Shown: positions 9,204 to 19,544, counted from the stretch's first letter. The stretch: 64,000 nucleotides of DNA from an uncultured Candidatus Rokubacteria bacterium (GCA_963762145.1 CAVXJS010000015.1:288001-352000); one strand, 5' to 3'. Numbers and translations are program-made. Notes: generated from the letters alone by a model not told the origin.

Positions 9204-10790
9204 TCAGCTCGCCCCGCGCCGCCGCTCGGCGGCGCGCTCCGCCTCGAGCCTCCCGCCCTCCGCACCCGAGTGATCCGCGTGACGCATGGCCGCCGCGAGG
9301 GCCTGATGCCCGGCCCGCTCCGCGATGAGGCGGTGCATCGCCTGGCAGATGCGTCGGTAGGCCGGGTGCCCCTGGGGCGCGGTGCGGAGCTCGATCATGT
9401 GCATGGCCTCGCGCGCGTTCAGCTCCATGTAGAAGCGCACGCGATAGGCCATCGCGACCGCGTACGGCGCGACCGCGGGCGTCTCGGCGGCCAGGGCGTC
9501 GTGCAGCGCGGCGGAATCTTCCATGACGCGGGTCCACTCGGGCAGCACCCCGGCGTCGCCGAGCTCGTCCGGCGTCACGTAGCCGTGCCGGGTCGAGAGC
9601 GGCTGCCATTCGAGGGTGAGCAGCCGGTGCCGCTGCAGGTCGCGGAACGCGCCGTAATCGCCGAGCACGTCGAAGCGATAGACGGTGCGCTCGAACGCGC
9701 GGCCCGGCTTGTGGCGCCGGTTCTCCCGGCGGCCGACGTAGGCCTCCAGGACGCGGCGGCGGTCCTCGGCACCGAGCGTGCGCGCCACCGCCAGGAGCTG
9801 ATCGTCGGGCAGCCGTGAGGCCGCGTAAAGCGCGGCCGCGATCACCTTCACCTCGCCGTCGGGGTCCCAGTCGGTGAGCGTGACCTCGGGCCGGGGCTCG
9901 GGCTCGATCCCCTCCAGCACGCGGGCCGCCACCGCCGCGGTGGCCTGGACGGTGTCGGCGAGGTAGCGCGACCAGACCCCGCCCCGCTCGGGGCGCTCGA
10001 GCCGCGTCAGGAAGGCCGGGATGACCTTCCGCAGCTCCACGAGCATCAGGTCGGCGTACTCGCGCACCTCTCGCAGCGGATGCGCCCGCATGCGCAGCAG
10101 GAGCGCCTCGTAGCCCTGGCCGGTCCCGAAGACGCCGACGTTGGAGCGCGTGGCCGCGGGCAGCAGGCCCCGCAGGCTGTCGAGCGCCTTGGCCCGGATC
10201 GTCATCCGGTACACCGCGTCGCCATCGGCGGGGGGCTTGGGAAACCGCCGCGTCCAGTACTCCTGCATCGGCTCGATCCACCGAGCGTAGGTGTCGAACG
10301 CGCGATCGAGCGCCTCGACGTAGCGCGCGCGCAGCGGATGCGCCTCGAGCTCGGCGGGCACGTGGTACTTCCACCGGCCCTCCGGCCGATCGGTGTAGGG
10401 CACGTAGCGGGTGGACTGCTCGAGGTAGGCCATGAGCCGTCCCCACTCGAGGACCTTGGTCAGAAGATTGGACGCGCCCTCGCAGGCGAGGTGCACGCCG
10501 CCGAGCTGGGCGACCGAGTCGTCGCCGTACTCGCTGAACACGCGCTCGTAGAGCCGGTCGGCGCGCGCGGTCCCGATGGCGCCGGCGGCCACGGGCCGCT
10601 CGGCCTGCTCCAGGAACTCGTCGAGGAAGAGCCGGCGCAGGGACTTGGCGGAGCGGGAGTAGCGTGCGAACAGGGCTCCCTTGACCACCTCCGGCAGATT
10701 GACGAGGGCGAAGACGGGGCCGTCGAGGTCGGTGAAGTACGGGGCGAGCGCCTCACGCTCCGCGGCGGTGAAGGTCTCCACGGCCGTCAT
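9204..10790 (-). CDS. thyX: FAD-dependent thymidylate synthase (long, two-domain ThyX type)
   Basis: ARYSRS, EQSTRY, RDLQRHR and IELRT motifs. Confidence 0.88.
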   Translation of the reverse strand: MTAVETFTAAEREALAPYFTDLDGPVFALVNLPEVVKGALFARYSRSAKSLRRLFLDEFLEQAERPVAAGAIGTARADRLYERVFSEYGDDSVAQLGGVHLACEGASNLLTKVLEWGRLMAYLEQSTRYVPYTDRPEGRWKYHVPAELEAHPLRARYVEALDRAFDTYARWIEPMQEYWTRRFPKPPADGDAVYRMTIRAKALDSLRGLLPAATRSNVGVFGTGQGYEALLLRMRAHPLREVREYADLMLVELRKVIPAFLTRLERPERGGVWSRYLADTVQATAAVAARVLEGIEPEPRPEVTLTDWDPDGEVKVIAAALYAASRLPDDQLLAVARTLGAEDRRRVLEAYVGRRENRRHKPGRAFERTVYRFDVLGDYGAFRDLQRHRLLTLEWQPLSTRHGYVTPDELGDAGVLPEWTRVMEDSAALHDALAAETPAVAPYAVAMAYRVRFYMELNAREAMHMIELRTAPQGHPAYRRICQAMHRLIAERAGHQALAAAMRHADHSGAEGGRLEAERAAERRRGAS

Positions 10791-10872
10791 CCTAGCACGC
10801 GGCCCGCCCGCCGGGGCGCGGGGACCCGCCGGAGCTTGTGCCTCCGGCGGGCCGACCCGCGCGCGGCCGCGA

Positions 10873-11838
10873 CTACTTGATCGCGATCGGGTTGATGATC
10901 GCCTGGACCGCGCCGGTGATGCGCGAGGGACCGAGCGTGAAGAGGAATTCCCACGCCTTGTCCTTCACCATCTCCTCGGTGTGCATGTTCTCGAGGATGT
11001 AGATGCCGTTCAGCGGCAGCAGGATCTGGTGCACCTCGAACACGCCCGCGGTCTTCTCGAACGGCAGCACCTCGAGCCCCCAGTTGTCGGCGCCCACCAT
11101 CGCCACCCCGAGCGAGGCGAGGTACTTGGCTCCCTCGACGCCGAGGCCCGGCTCGCCCGCGTTGTAGCGCTTGTTGTCCTTGCCGATCAGCTTGGTCCAG
11201 CCGGTATAGAAGAGCACCACGTCGCCCTTGTCGGGAGGCTTGATGCCCTGGCGCTTGATCGCGTTGTCGATCTCGGCGCGATTGAAGGCGGTTCCCTCCT
11301 TGACCGGATCGCTGCCCAGGAGTCCCGCCATGTCCAGGAGCACCCCGCGGGTGGCGATGGCGGGCACGTTCTCGATCCCGAGCTTCTTCAGCCCGTCGGC
11401 CTGCGCGAACTCGGCGCCCTTGAAGCAGTTGAAGTAGATGTTGTCCACTCCGATGTGACCGAGCCCGTCGAGCTGGGAGCCAACCCCGACCCAGCCGGTG
11501 ATGATGTCGTCGTTGTAGCTGGTCTTGCTGGGTCCGATCGTGGTGCCCCCGACCTGGCCGGGCTGAATGACGGTCACCGCGAAGGTGCGCGGCGGGTAGG
11601 CCGGCGTGTCCTTGTTGGTCTCGATACCGAGCCGGTAGGCCTTCCCCTTCGTGACGAGCTTGGTGGCGGCCAGCGTCTTCTCGGGCGTGACGTAGTTGAG
11701 GTTGCCGACCTGGTCGTCCGCGCCGAACCGCGACTTCTGGCAGGTCGCCGGCTGCGCCGACACCGGGGCGGCCGCGATCAGCACCGCGAGGAGGCAGCCG
11801 ACCAGCCCGATCGTGCGATCGAGTCTTCTCCTAGCCAT
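10873..11838 (-). CDS. Secreted cyclase family (kynurenine formamidase-like) protein
   Basis: Signal peptide; GADDQVGNLN, GSQLDGLGH, TRGVLLD, GADNWGLE, GIYILEN. Confidence 0.88.
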   Translation of the reverse strand: MARRRLDRTIGLVGCLLAVLIAAAPVSAQPATCQKSRFGADDQVGNLNYVTPEKTLAATKLVTKGKAYRLGIETNKDTPAYPPRTFAVTVIQPGQVGGTTIGPSKTSYNDDIITGWVGVGSQLDGLGHIGVDNIYFNCFKGAEFAQADGLKKLGIENVPAIATRGVLLDMAGLLGSDPVKEGTAFNRAEIDNAIKRQGIKPPDKGDVVLFYTGWTKLIGKDNKRYNAGEPGLGVEGAKYLASLGVAMVGADNWGLEVLPFEKTAGVFEVHQILLPLNGIYILENMHTEEMVKDKAWEFLFTLGPSRITGAVQAIINPIAIK

Positions 11839-12072
11839 GGGGCTCTCTCCGTTGAGGGCCGCTCGGGGGAATCCACCGCGCGCGCGGCCGGGCGCGCCGG
11901 GGACTGCGTCGGGCACGCCGACGCGGGAATCAGTCACGGGGGACCGCAGATCGCGTGACGCTCGAACGAACGATGAGCCCGACATCGCGAGGGCGAGCCT
12001 AGGCGTCGATCTAGACCAAGTCAAGCCCTCACAGGTTGCACGTGCGACGGGTCCGGTGCCATAATCCGCGCC

Positions 12073-12405
12073 ATGCGCGCGTCCGGGTCGCTGCTGGTCT
12101 GTCTGGTCGCGCTCGGCCTCCTGACCGGCTGCGTTTCGGTCAGGATCGGCCGCGAGTTCCCCTCTCCCGACGCGCACTGGATCGTCAACGGTCGGAGCGA
12201 TCGCTGGGGTCTCCAGCGCATGCTCGGCGAGCCCTACCAGGTCGGCTTCGAGAACGGCGATTCGACCTGGCGCTGGCTCTACGTCGAGCGCCTGGGCGCG
12301 ATCGCGGTGAGCAAGGACCTCATCGTGCGCTTCAGCCCCGACGGCCTCGTCCGCTCCTACTCGTTCACCTCCAACTTTCCCGACGATCTGCGGCGACTCA
12401 AGTAA
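12073..12405 (+). CDS. SmpA/OmlA (BamE-like) lipoprotein
   Basis: LLTGC lipobox; LGEPY, WRWLY, LIVRFSPDGLV. Confidence 0.7.
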   Translation: MRASGSLLVCLVALGLLTGCVSVRIGREFPSPDAHWIVNGRSDRWGLQRMLGEPYQVGFENGDSTWRWLYVERLGAIAVSKDLIVRFSPDGLVRSYSFTSNFPDDLRRLK

Positions 12406-12427
12406 CCCGATCAACCAGGAGGCTTCG

Positions 12428-12613
12428 ATGCCCAACATCACCGTCCAGTGGTACGCCGGCCGCACCGACCAGCAGAAGCGCGAGATCACCGCCGCCATCA
12501 CCGACGCGATGGTCAAGATCGGCAAGACCACCGCCGACCAGGTGCACATCGTCTTCCAGGACATCGAAAAGACGAACTGGGGCGTGAACGGCAAGCTGGC
12601 GAGCGACAAGTAG
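12428..12613 (+). CDS. 4-oxalocrotonate tautomerase family protein
   Basis: 61 aa, catalytic Pro after Met; GRTDQQK...NWGVNGK; AGGAGG RBS. Confidence 0.92.
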   Translation: MPNITVQWYAGRTDQQKREITAAITDAMVKIGKTTADQVHIVFQDIEKTNWGVNGKLASDK

Positions 12614-12620
12614 CGCGCAC

Positions 12621-13610
12621 GTGGCGAGGCTCCAGGCCGGCTTCATCCCCATCGAGGGCGGGCACTACTACCGGGAGGCGCTCGAGGAGGTCACGCGCGC
12701 CGAGGAGCTCGGCTTCGACTCGGTGTGGATGGAGGAGCACCACTCGGTCACCGACCACTACTGGCCCTCGCCGCTTCCGGTGCTGGCCGGCTTCGCGACG
12801 CGGACCACCCGCATGCGGCTCGGCACCGACATCCTGGTCGCGCCCTTCTATCACCCGGTCCGGCTCGCGGAGGACGTGGCCATGCTCGACGTGATGTCGG
12901 GCGGGCGCTTCGTGCTCGGCATCGCGATCGGGTACAAGCCGGACGAGTTCGCCCTCTACGGCGCGGAGCTCGAGAAGCGCGGCGCGCGCTTCGAGGAGCA
13001 GCTCCGGATCATGAAGGCGCTGTGGACGCAGGACTCGGTGTCCCACCAGGGCACCTACTACCAGGTGACCGGCCGCCTGGAGCCCCGATCGATCACGCGC
13101 CCCCATCCCCCGGTCTGGATCGGCGGATGGGGGGACATCACCCTGCGCCGCGCCGCCACCCTGGCCGACAACTGGATCCCGGGCCCCACCGCCGACCTGC
13201 CGCGCCTGCTCGCGGGCAAGCAGCAGTTCCTGGCCAACCGGAAGGCGGCGGGGCGGACGGAGCCGATCACCGAGTGGCCGCTCACCCGAGACGTCATCAT
13301 CGCCGACACCGACCGGGAGGCGCGCGAGCTCGCCGAGAAGCACATCATGATCTCGTACCGCAAGGAGTACGCGGGAGGCTGGCGGCATCCGTTCATCGAC
13401 GCCTCCATCGCCACCGATCTCGACGGGCTGATGAAGAATCGCTTCCTCATCGGCGGACCCGAGCAGGTCATCCGCGCGCTGCGGCCCTTCGTCGACGAGT
13501 ACGGCATGACGCATCTCATCTGCCGGGTCTTCTTCCCCGGCATGCCGCATCGGCACATCATGCGCGAGCTCGAGCTGCTGTCCCGGGAAGTGCTTCCCGC
13601 CTTCGCCTGA
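12621..13610 (+). CDS. LLM-class flavin-dependent oxidoreductase
   Basis: AEELGFDSVWMEEHH, RLAEDVAMLDVMSGGR, PPVWIGG. Confidence 0.92.
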   Translation: MARLQAGFIPIEGGHYYREALEEVTRAEELGFDSVWMEEHHSVTDHYWPSPLPVLAGFATRTTRMRLGTDILVAPFYHPVRLAEDVAMLDVMSGGRFVLGIAIGYKPDEFALYGAELEKRGARFEEQLRIMKALWTQDSVSHQGTYYQVTGRLEPRSITRPHPPVWIGGWGDITLRRAATLADNWIPGPTADLPRLLAGKQQFLANRKAAGRTEPITEWPLTRDVIIADTDREARELAEKHIMISYRKEYAGGWRHPFIDASIATDLDGLMKNRFLIGGPEQVIRALRPFVDEYGMTHLICRVFFPGMPHRHIMRELELLSREVLPAFA

Positions 13611-13639
13611 CGCGCGGGTCGGTGTGATACGCTGCGGCC

Positions 13640-14614
13640 GTGCGCTGGCTGATCGTCCTGCCGTTCGCGCGGCCCGGGCTGATGGGGATGGACTTCCGCG
13701 ACGAGCTCGTGGCCATGGGCCACGAGGTGCGGACCTTCGCCTACCGGCGCGATAACCCGCTCTACAAGAATCGCAGCACCAAGGCCACCTACCAGATCTT
13801 CATCCTCCGCCGCCTCGAGCGCGCCTGCCTCGCGTGGCGGCCCGACCTCGTGCTCGTGATCAAGGGTGGGCCGGTCACCCCCGGGCTCATCCGACGCGTG
13901 AAGGCGCGGATCGACACGCGCTTCCTGAACTTCTTCCCCGACAACCCGCTGTGGATGATCCCCTTCGACTGCGTCGAGGCCTACGACGCGTTCTTCACCA
14001 AGGAGCGCTACGCCCTGCGGGCCCTCGAGCAGGCGGGCCTGCGCAACCTGCACTACCTGCCGATGTACTGCGTCCCCGAGCAGCACCATCCGATCGAGCT
14101 GACCGCCGAGGAGACGCGACGCTACGCGGCGCCGATCAGCTTCGTCGGCAGCGCCTATCCCTATCGCGCGCGGTTCGTGCGCGAGCTGGCCGGCTATCCG
14201 GTGCGCCTCTGGGGCGGCGGGTGGGACCGCGTCGAGGCGCCCGAGGTGCGCGCGATGGTGGCGGGCGGACCGGTGTGGGGACGCGCCAAGCTCGCGGTGT
14301 ACTCGGGATCGACCCTGTCCCTGAATCACCATCACCCGATGAACGACATCGTCGGCGTGAACACGCGCGCCTTCGAGCTGGCCGCGAGCGGGGCGTGCCA
14401 GGTGGTCGACGCCAAGGACGAGCTCGCCCACCTCTTCACCGCGGGGGAAGAGACGGTGGTGTACCACGACCTGGACGAGCTGCGGCGGCACCTCGACCAC
14501 TACCTCGCCCACCCCGACGAGGCACGCGACATCGGAGAGCGGGCGCGCAAGCGGGCGCTCGCCGAGCACACCCTGCGCCATCGCATCGAGACGATGATCG
14601 CGGTGGTCGGGTGA
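13640..14614 (+). CDS. CgeB-like glycosyltransferase (Glyco_trans_1_2)
   Basis: ISFVGSAYPYR, NTRAFELAASG, AEHTLRHR. Confidence 0.85.
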   Translation: MRWLIVLPFARPGLMGMDFRDELVAMGHEVRTFAYRRDNPLYKNRSTKATYQIFILRRLERACLAWRPDLVLVIKGGPVTPGLIRRVKARIDTRFLNFFPDNPLWMIPFDCVEAYDAFFTKERYALRALEQAGLRNLHYLPMYCVPEQHHPIELTAEETRRYAAPISFVGSAYPYRARFVRELAGYPVRLWGGGWDRVEAPEVRAMVAGGPVWGRAKLAVYSGSTLSLNHHHPMNDIVGVNTRAFELAASGACQVVDAKDELAHLFTAGEETVVYHDLDELRRHLDHYLAHPDEARDIGERARKRALAEHTLRHRIETMIAVVG

Positions 14615-14647
14615 GCCGCAGCCGAAGGCGAGGCGAACGCATATGAA
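14613..14647 (+). repeat. 35-bp dispersed REP-like element, copy 1
   Basis: GAGCCGCAGCCGAAGGCGAGGCGAACGCATATGAA; 33/35 identical to 51430-51464. Confidence 0.8.
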
Positions 14648-15870
14648 GAGCCGATTCCTTCGCCACCGCGCTCCGCTGCATCGAGTGCGGACGCGAGCAC
14701 CCGCTCGAGTACGTGCTCGAGTGCGCGACCTGCCGCGGCCTCCTGGAGCTGGTCTACGACGAGGAGGCCCTGCGCCGCGCGGGGCCCGCCGTCTTCACCG
14801 GGGGCGGCCTCTGGCGCTACGCGCCGGTGCTGCCCATCGCCGATCCCGCCCATCGCGTGACCCTCGGCGAGGGGCAGAGCCCGCTGCTCGATTGCCCGGC
14901 CCTCGGCCGCCGGCTCGGGGTGCGCCGGCTCCAGGTGAAGTTCGAGGGCAGCAATCCCACCGGAACCGTGAAGGACCGCTCGTCCCCCACCGCGGTGGCG
15001 GCCGCGCTCCAGTTCGGCTTCCGCGCCACCTCGGTGGTCAGCTCCGGCAACGCGGGCTCGTCCATCGCGGCCTACTCGGCGCGGGCGGGCCTGCGCTCGC
15101 TGATCTTCGCCTACGAGCGGACCTCGGCCCCCAAGCTCCTGCACATGACCGCCACCGCCACCGATCTCGTCCTCTACCAGGGCGTCTACGACGACCTAAT
15201 CACCATATGGGACCGGCTCGTCGAGGACCGGCTCTTCTTCGACTGCGGCGCGTCGCGCAACGCCTACAAGCACGAGGGCAAGAAGACGCTGGCCTACGAG
15301 ATCGCCGAGCAGTCGGGCTGGCGCGCCCCGGACGTGGTGGTGGCACCCGCCGCGGTGGGCGAGACCTTCATCGCGGCCCACCGCGGCTTCGTGGAGCTCG
15401 AGCGATTGGGCTGGATCCCGCGACGGCCTCGCATGGTGGCCGCGCAGGCGGCGCGGGCCAACGCGATCACGCGCGCGTGGCGCGGCCAGCGGCCGCTCGA
15501 GCCGGTGAAGATCGGCTACACGGTGGCGGAGGGCCTCGCGGCCGGCAACCCGGGCCGGAAAGGCGGCTGGGTGCTGCGCATCCTGAACGAGACCGGCGGG
15601 GCGGCGGGCGAGGCGGAGGACGAGGAGATCCTCGAGACCCAGGCCCTGCTGGCCCGCACCGAGGGCATCTGGGCCGGGCCCACCGGAGTGGCCGCGCTCG
15701 CGGTGCTGAGGCGGCTCCTCGCCGAGAAGGCGATCGATCCCGACTCGACCGTCTGCGTGATCCTGAGCGAGACCGGCCTCAAGACCGAGACCAGCGCGCC
15801 TAGCCGCCGGGCCACCGCCTTCGACGAGGACTCGCTGCGCCGGCTGGTCTACGCGACGCTCAAGGCCTGA
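14643..15870 (+). CDS. thrC: Threonine synthase-like PLP enzyme (true start near 14643, one base out of frame with the body)
   Basis: N-terminal CIEC..CATC; NPTGTVKDR PLP lysine; SSGNAG; EGKKTLAYEI. Confidence 0.75.
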
Positions 15871-16534
15871 CCGGCCGGAGCCGCAGCCGCCGGGCGGTCA
15901 GCGCCGCCATCTGCGGATCACGCTCCACTCCGATCCACTCGCGGCCGAGGGCCGCCGCGATGCGCCCCACGGTGCCCGCGCCCGCGAACGGATCGAGCAC
16001 GGCGCCGCGCCGCGCGGAGCGCGCGAGCAGGCCGCGGAGCACCGGGTCCGGCGTCGCGTCCCAGAGGCTCTCCGGGTGCGAGCGCGGCAGCGGCAGCATC
16101 CAGCAGAGCGTGGTCCCATCCACCCGAACCGGATGCTCCGCCTTCCGGAAGCGCAGCAGGTGGTTCACGCGATTGTCCCAGCGCTCACGCGAGCGCACCT
16201 GCGCCCAGAGCCCCTTGGCCTGCAGCCGGAAGCCGGCGCGGCGCAGGTAGGTCGTGACGAGCGCGTCCATGCCCACCCACTCGGCCCCGTCGTGCCGGTC
16301 GCCGATCACGAGCCAGAGGTCGCCGTGGTCCGCCAGGACTCGGCGCCACTCCCCCGCGAAGCCGGCCGCGAGCTCGCGCGCGTACCGCTCGGCCCGCGCG
16401 CGCCCGCGCCCGCGCACCCAGTAGGGCGGCGAGGTCAGGATGACGCCGACGCTCCCGGTGGCGATGCCGGCCAGGCGGCGGCTGTCCTCCACGAAGAGAC
16501 GCAATCGGCCGTCACGGCTCGCGTAGCGCTTCAT
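15860..16534 (-). CDS. Orphan beta-class N4/N6 DNA methyltransferase
   Basis: Motif IV TSPPY precedes motif I VLDPFAGAGT. Confidence 0.8.
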   Translation of the reverse strand: MKRYASRDGRLRLFVEDSRRLAGIATGSVGVILTSPPYWVRGRGRARAERYARELAAGFAGEWRRVLADHGDLWLVIGDRHDGAEWVGMDALVTTYLRRAGFRLQAKGLWAQVRSRERWDNRVNHLLRFRKAEHPVRVDGTTLCWMLPLPRSHPESLWDATPDPVLRGLLARSARRGAVLDPFAGAGTVGRIAAALGREWIGVERDPQMAALTARRLRLRPVRP

Positions 16535-16550
16535 GCCGCGGACGGGCCGG

Positions 16551-17333
16551 TCAGATGGGACGGCGGCGGCGCAGCAGCAGCGGCACGCCCACCAGGGCCA
16601 GGGTCATGCAGAGCACGCTCACGAGCTGCGCGACGCGGAGAGAGCCCAGCATCAACGGATCGGTGCGGAGCGCCTCGGTGAAGACCCGGCCGAGCGAGTA
16701 GAGTCCGACGTAGGCCAGGAACAGCGCGCCCGGCGCCCGCACGAGGCGATCGCGAAGCACGAACACCAGGAGGCCGAACACCACCAGATCCCACCCGGAC
16801 TCGTAGAGGAACGTGGGGTGGAAGAACTCGGCCTGCGCGAACGGCGGCGGGCGGTGCGGCGGCGAGATGTACAGCTTCCATGGCAGCTCGGTGGGCCGGC
16901 CGAACGCTTCCTCGTTGAAGAAGTTCCCCCATCGGCCGATCGCCTGCCCGAGCGCCAGGCTCGGGGCGGCCACGTCGAGATACTGTCGTAGGGGCAACCG
17001 GCGCCGCCAGGCGTAGATCCCGCCCACGAGGATCCCGCCCAGCACGCCGCCGTGGATAGCGAGCCCGCCTTCCCAGATCGCGAAGATTTTACCGGGGAAC
17101 CGGCTGTAGTAGTCGAGGTTGAACGCGACATAGTAGAGGCGCGCGCCGATCAGTCCGCCCAGCAGGGCGAGCTCGGAGGCCTTCAGCAGACGCTCGGAAT
17201 CGAGCCCGCGCCGCCGCGCGTCCCGATGCGCGAGCCAGAGACCGAGCGCCATGGCCGTCGCCATGAGCACGCCATACCAGCGGATCGCGAGGGGGCCCAC
17301 GTGCAGCGCGATGGCTCCCGGGGACTGGAACAT
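16551..17333 (-). CDS. lgt: Prolipoprotein diacylglyceryl transferase
   Basis: IRWYG, GARLYYV, WEGGLAIHGG, GRWGNFFNEEAFG, HPTFLYES. Confidence 0.96.
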   Translation of the reverse strand: MFQSPGAIALHVGPLAIRWYGVLMATAMALGLWLAHRDARRRGLDSERLLKASELALLGGLIGARLYYVAFNLDYYSRFPGKIFAIWEGGLAIHGGVLGGILVGGIYAWRRRLPLRQYLDVAAPSLALGQAIGRWGNFFNEEAFGRPTELPWKLYISPPHRPPPFAQAEFFHPTFLYESGWDLVVFGLLVFVLRDRLVRAPGALFLAYVGLYSLGRVFTEALRTDPLMLGSLRVAQLVSVLCMTLALVGVPLLLRRRRPI

Positions 17334-17339
17334 AGAAGG

Positions 17340-17368
17340 CTTATACGGCCGGTCCCGGAGACTGTCAA
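17340..17368 (-). promoter_or_regulatory. Sigma70 promoter of lgt (likely leaderless)
   Basis: TTGACA-N17-TATAAG on minus strand, 6 bp from ATG. Confidence 0.75.
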
Positions 17369-17407
17369 TAATTCAGCGACTTTCCAGGCGTTTTCGGGCC
17401 GAATTTG

Positions 17408-17437
17408 TTGACACCCCGAAAAAGGCTCCGGTATCAT
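17408..17437 (+). promoter_or_regulatory. Sigma70 promoter of the tol-pal operon
   Basis: TTGACA-N18-TATCAT in AT-rich intergenic region. Confidence 0.75.
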
Positions 17438-17495
17438 CAAATCAAACAAATCGTCACCCCCGTCCACCATTCACGCGTATTAAGGAGACCTTCGG

Positions 17496-18236
17496 GTGCC
17501 AGGATCAGGAAGTGCCAACGGCGGCGTTGCGGAGCTCGTCCTCAGCGCCGGTCCCGTCGCCAAGTTCGTCCTGCTCCTCCTCGCGACCTTCTCCGTGATC
17601 TGCTGGGCGCTGATCGTCGAGAAGTGGTGGGAGTTCCGGAAGATCCGGCGCGAGTCCCTTCGCTTCCGGCAGATCTTCCGGGAGGCGCGTCGCTTCTCGG
17701 TGGTCTACGCCGCGGCCAAGAAGCACCGCGACAGCCCGCTCGCCCAGCTCTACGTGGCGGCGGGCCAGGAGCTGGTGACCGCCTACGGGAGCGCGGACAT
17801 GGTGGACCACGTGCTCGACGACATGGACGAGGGACTGGCGGCCGAGCGCCTCGACTCGACCGGCCGCGCGCTCCGCCGGGCCGGCTCTTCCGAGATCGCG
17901 CGCATGGAGCGCTACCTGCCCTTCCTCGCCACCGTGGCCAGCTCGGCGCCGTTCATCGGGTTGTTCGGCACGGTGTGGGGCATCATGACCGCCTTCCAGA
18001 ACATCGGCCAGCAGGGCTCGGCCAATCTCGCGGTGGTGGCCCCCGGCATCTCGGAGGCGCTCGTGGCCACCGCGGCCGGCCTCGGCGCGGCCATCCCCGC
18101 GGTCATGGGCTACAACTTCTTCGTGAACCGTACCAAGCACTGGGCGATGGAGATGGAGGGCTTCACGCTGGATCTGCTGAACGCGTTCGCTCGTCCGGCG
18201 CAGAAGATGGCACGGGTGCCCAAAGATGGCCATTAA
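17496..18236 (+). CDS. tolQ: TolQ (MotA/TolQ/ExbB)
   Basis: APFIGLFGTVWGIM, VAPGISEALVATAAGL. Confidence 0.95.
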   Translation: MPGSGSANGGVAELVLSAGPVAKFVLLLLATFSVICWALIVEKWWEFRKIRRESLRFRQIFREARRFSVVYAAAKKHRDSPLAQLYVAAGQELVTAYGSADMVDHVLDDMDEGLAAERLDSTGRALRRAGSSEIARMERYLPFLATVASSAPFIGLFGTVWGIMTAFQNIGQQGSANLAVVAPGISEALVATAAGLGAAIPAVMGYNFFVNRTKHWAMEMEGFTLDLLNAFARPAQKMARVPKDGH

Positions 18237-18666
18237 GGTCGACACGCCCGACTACGGCAACGGCGGCGGTTACCGCATCGGCGGGACCATGTCCGAGATC
18301 AACATCATCCCGCTCGTCGACGTCATCCTCGTCCTCCTCCTCATCTTCATGCTGACCGCGCCGCTCATGTACCGCGGCATCGACGTCAACCTGCCCAAGA
18401 GCTCGGGCAAACCCACCGCGGTCGAGGAGCGCGTGGTGTTGACGGTGACGAAGGAGCAGACCATCTACATCAACGACAAGCCGGTCGCCCTGGGCGCGGT
18501 CGAGCAGGCGCTGCGCGACCTGTTCAAGAACCGGCAGGACAAGACCCTCTACCTCCGGGCGGATCAGGCCCTGCAGTACGGCCTCGTGGTCGAGACGATG
18601 GATCGCGTGCGCCGCGCCGGGATCGAGAAGCTCGGCATGGTGACGGAGCCGACTCGCGCTCGATGA
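18226..18666 (+). CDS. tolR: TolR (ExbD/TolR)
   Basis: SEINIIPLVDVILVLLLIFMLTAP. Confidence 0.95.
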   Translation: MAIKVDTPDYGNGGGYRIGGTMSEINIIPLVDVILVLLLIFMLTAPLMYRGIDVNLPKSSGKPTAVEERVVLTVTKEQTIYINDKPVALGAVEQALRDLFKNRQDKTLYLRADQALQYGLVVETMDRVRRAGIEKLGMVTEPTRAR

Positions 18667-19544
18667 GCTCGACCATGGCCGCCCGCCGCTATCCCATCGG
18701 CCCGCTCCCCGATCCCGGTCTCAGACGACCGGGTCCGGCGCTGCGGCGGCGGCGCCTGCCGCTGGGGGCCATCGGCTTCTCCGCCGTCGCCCACGTGGTG
18801 TTTTTCGGCGGGCTGGCCGCCGTGGTGATGTGGGGCGGCTGGCGCAACGAGAAGATCCAGGTCGTCAACCTGGTGCCGATGGTGGCCGCGGTCGGCAATC
18901 CCAACGCCCCGGCCGCGCCGAACCTGCCCGCGCGCCCGCAGGCCCCGGTGGCGCCGCGCGCCCCCGAGCCGGATCCGGCGCCCAAGGCGCCCACGCCGCC
19001 CCGCGAGGCGCCGCCGAAGCCGGTCCCGGCCCCGAGCCTCCCACCCCCGTCGCTGCCCGCCGCCAAGCCGTTGCCGCCGCGCGCCGCCGCCCTGCCCCGC
19101 CCCGGCGAGAAAGAGCTGCCGTCGCTGGCCACGCCGCCGTCGGGCCGGCCGCAGGGGGAGAAGACGGCCGAGTCGCCCCGTCCCCAGGAGACCGCGTCGC
19201 TGGGCGCACCTACCGGCTCGGTCACCGGCGCGGGCGCGCTCACGCTCGACGTGGGCGACTTCCCGCACGCGTGGTATCTCCGCCAGGTGCTCCAGAAGGT
19301 CGAGCAGGAGTGGCAGCGCCAGAACCAGCCCAACGACCCGCAGCAGAAGCCGCAGATCTACGTCGAGATCCAGCGCGACGGCTCGATCATGCCGCCCGCC
19401 ATCCACAAGAGCTCCGGCAACGCCTTCTACGACAATGCGGCCCTCCGCGCGGTCATGGCGGCGGGTCCCTTTCCGAAACTGCCCGACGACTGGACGAAGC
19501 CCTCGCTTCGCATTCTGTTCACCTTCGACCTTCGTCGCGGCTGA
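18663..19544 (+). CDS. tolA: TolA/TonB family protein
   Basis: TM with S-x3-H, Pro-rich linker, TonB_C (SSGNAFYDNAALRAV); position in operon. Confidence 0.85.
   Translation: MSSTMAARRYPIGPLPDPGLRRPGPALRRRRLPLGAIGFSAVAHVVFFGGLAAVVMWGGWRNEKIQVVNLVPMVAAVGNPNAPAAPNLPARPQAPVAPRAPEPDPAPKAPTPPREAPPKPVPAPSLPPPSLPAAKPLPPRAAALPRPGEKELPSLATPPSGRPQGEKTAESPRPQETASLGAPTGSVTGAGALTLDVGDFPHAWYLRQVLQKVEQEWQRQNQPNDPQQKPQIYVEIQRDGSIMPPAIHKSSGNAFYDNAALRAVMAAGPFPKLPDDWTKPSLRILFTFDLRRG

Noticed and set aside
15878-15891. GAGCCGCAGCCG partial match to the 35-bp element
   Set aside because: Only 12 nt in GC-rich coding sequence (RLRLR); likely chance
15860-16534. Restriction-modification or defence island
   Set aside because: No nuclease, specificity subunit or mobility gene nearby; flanked by housekeeping genes
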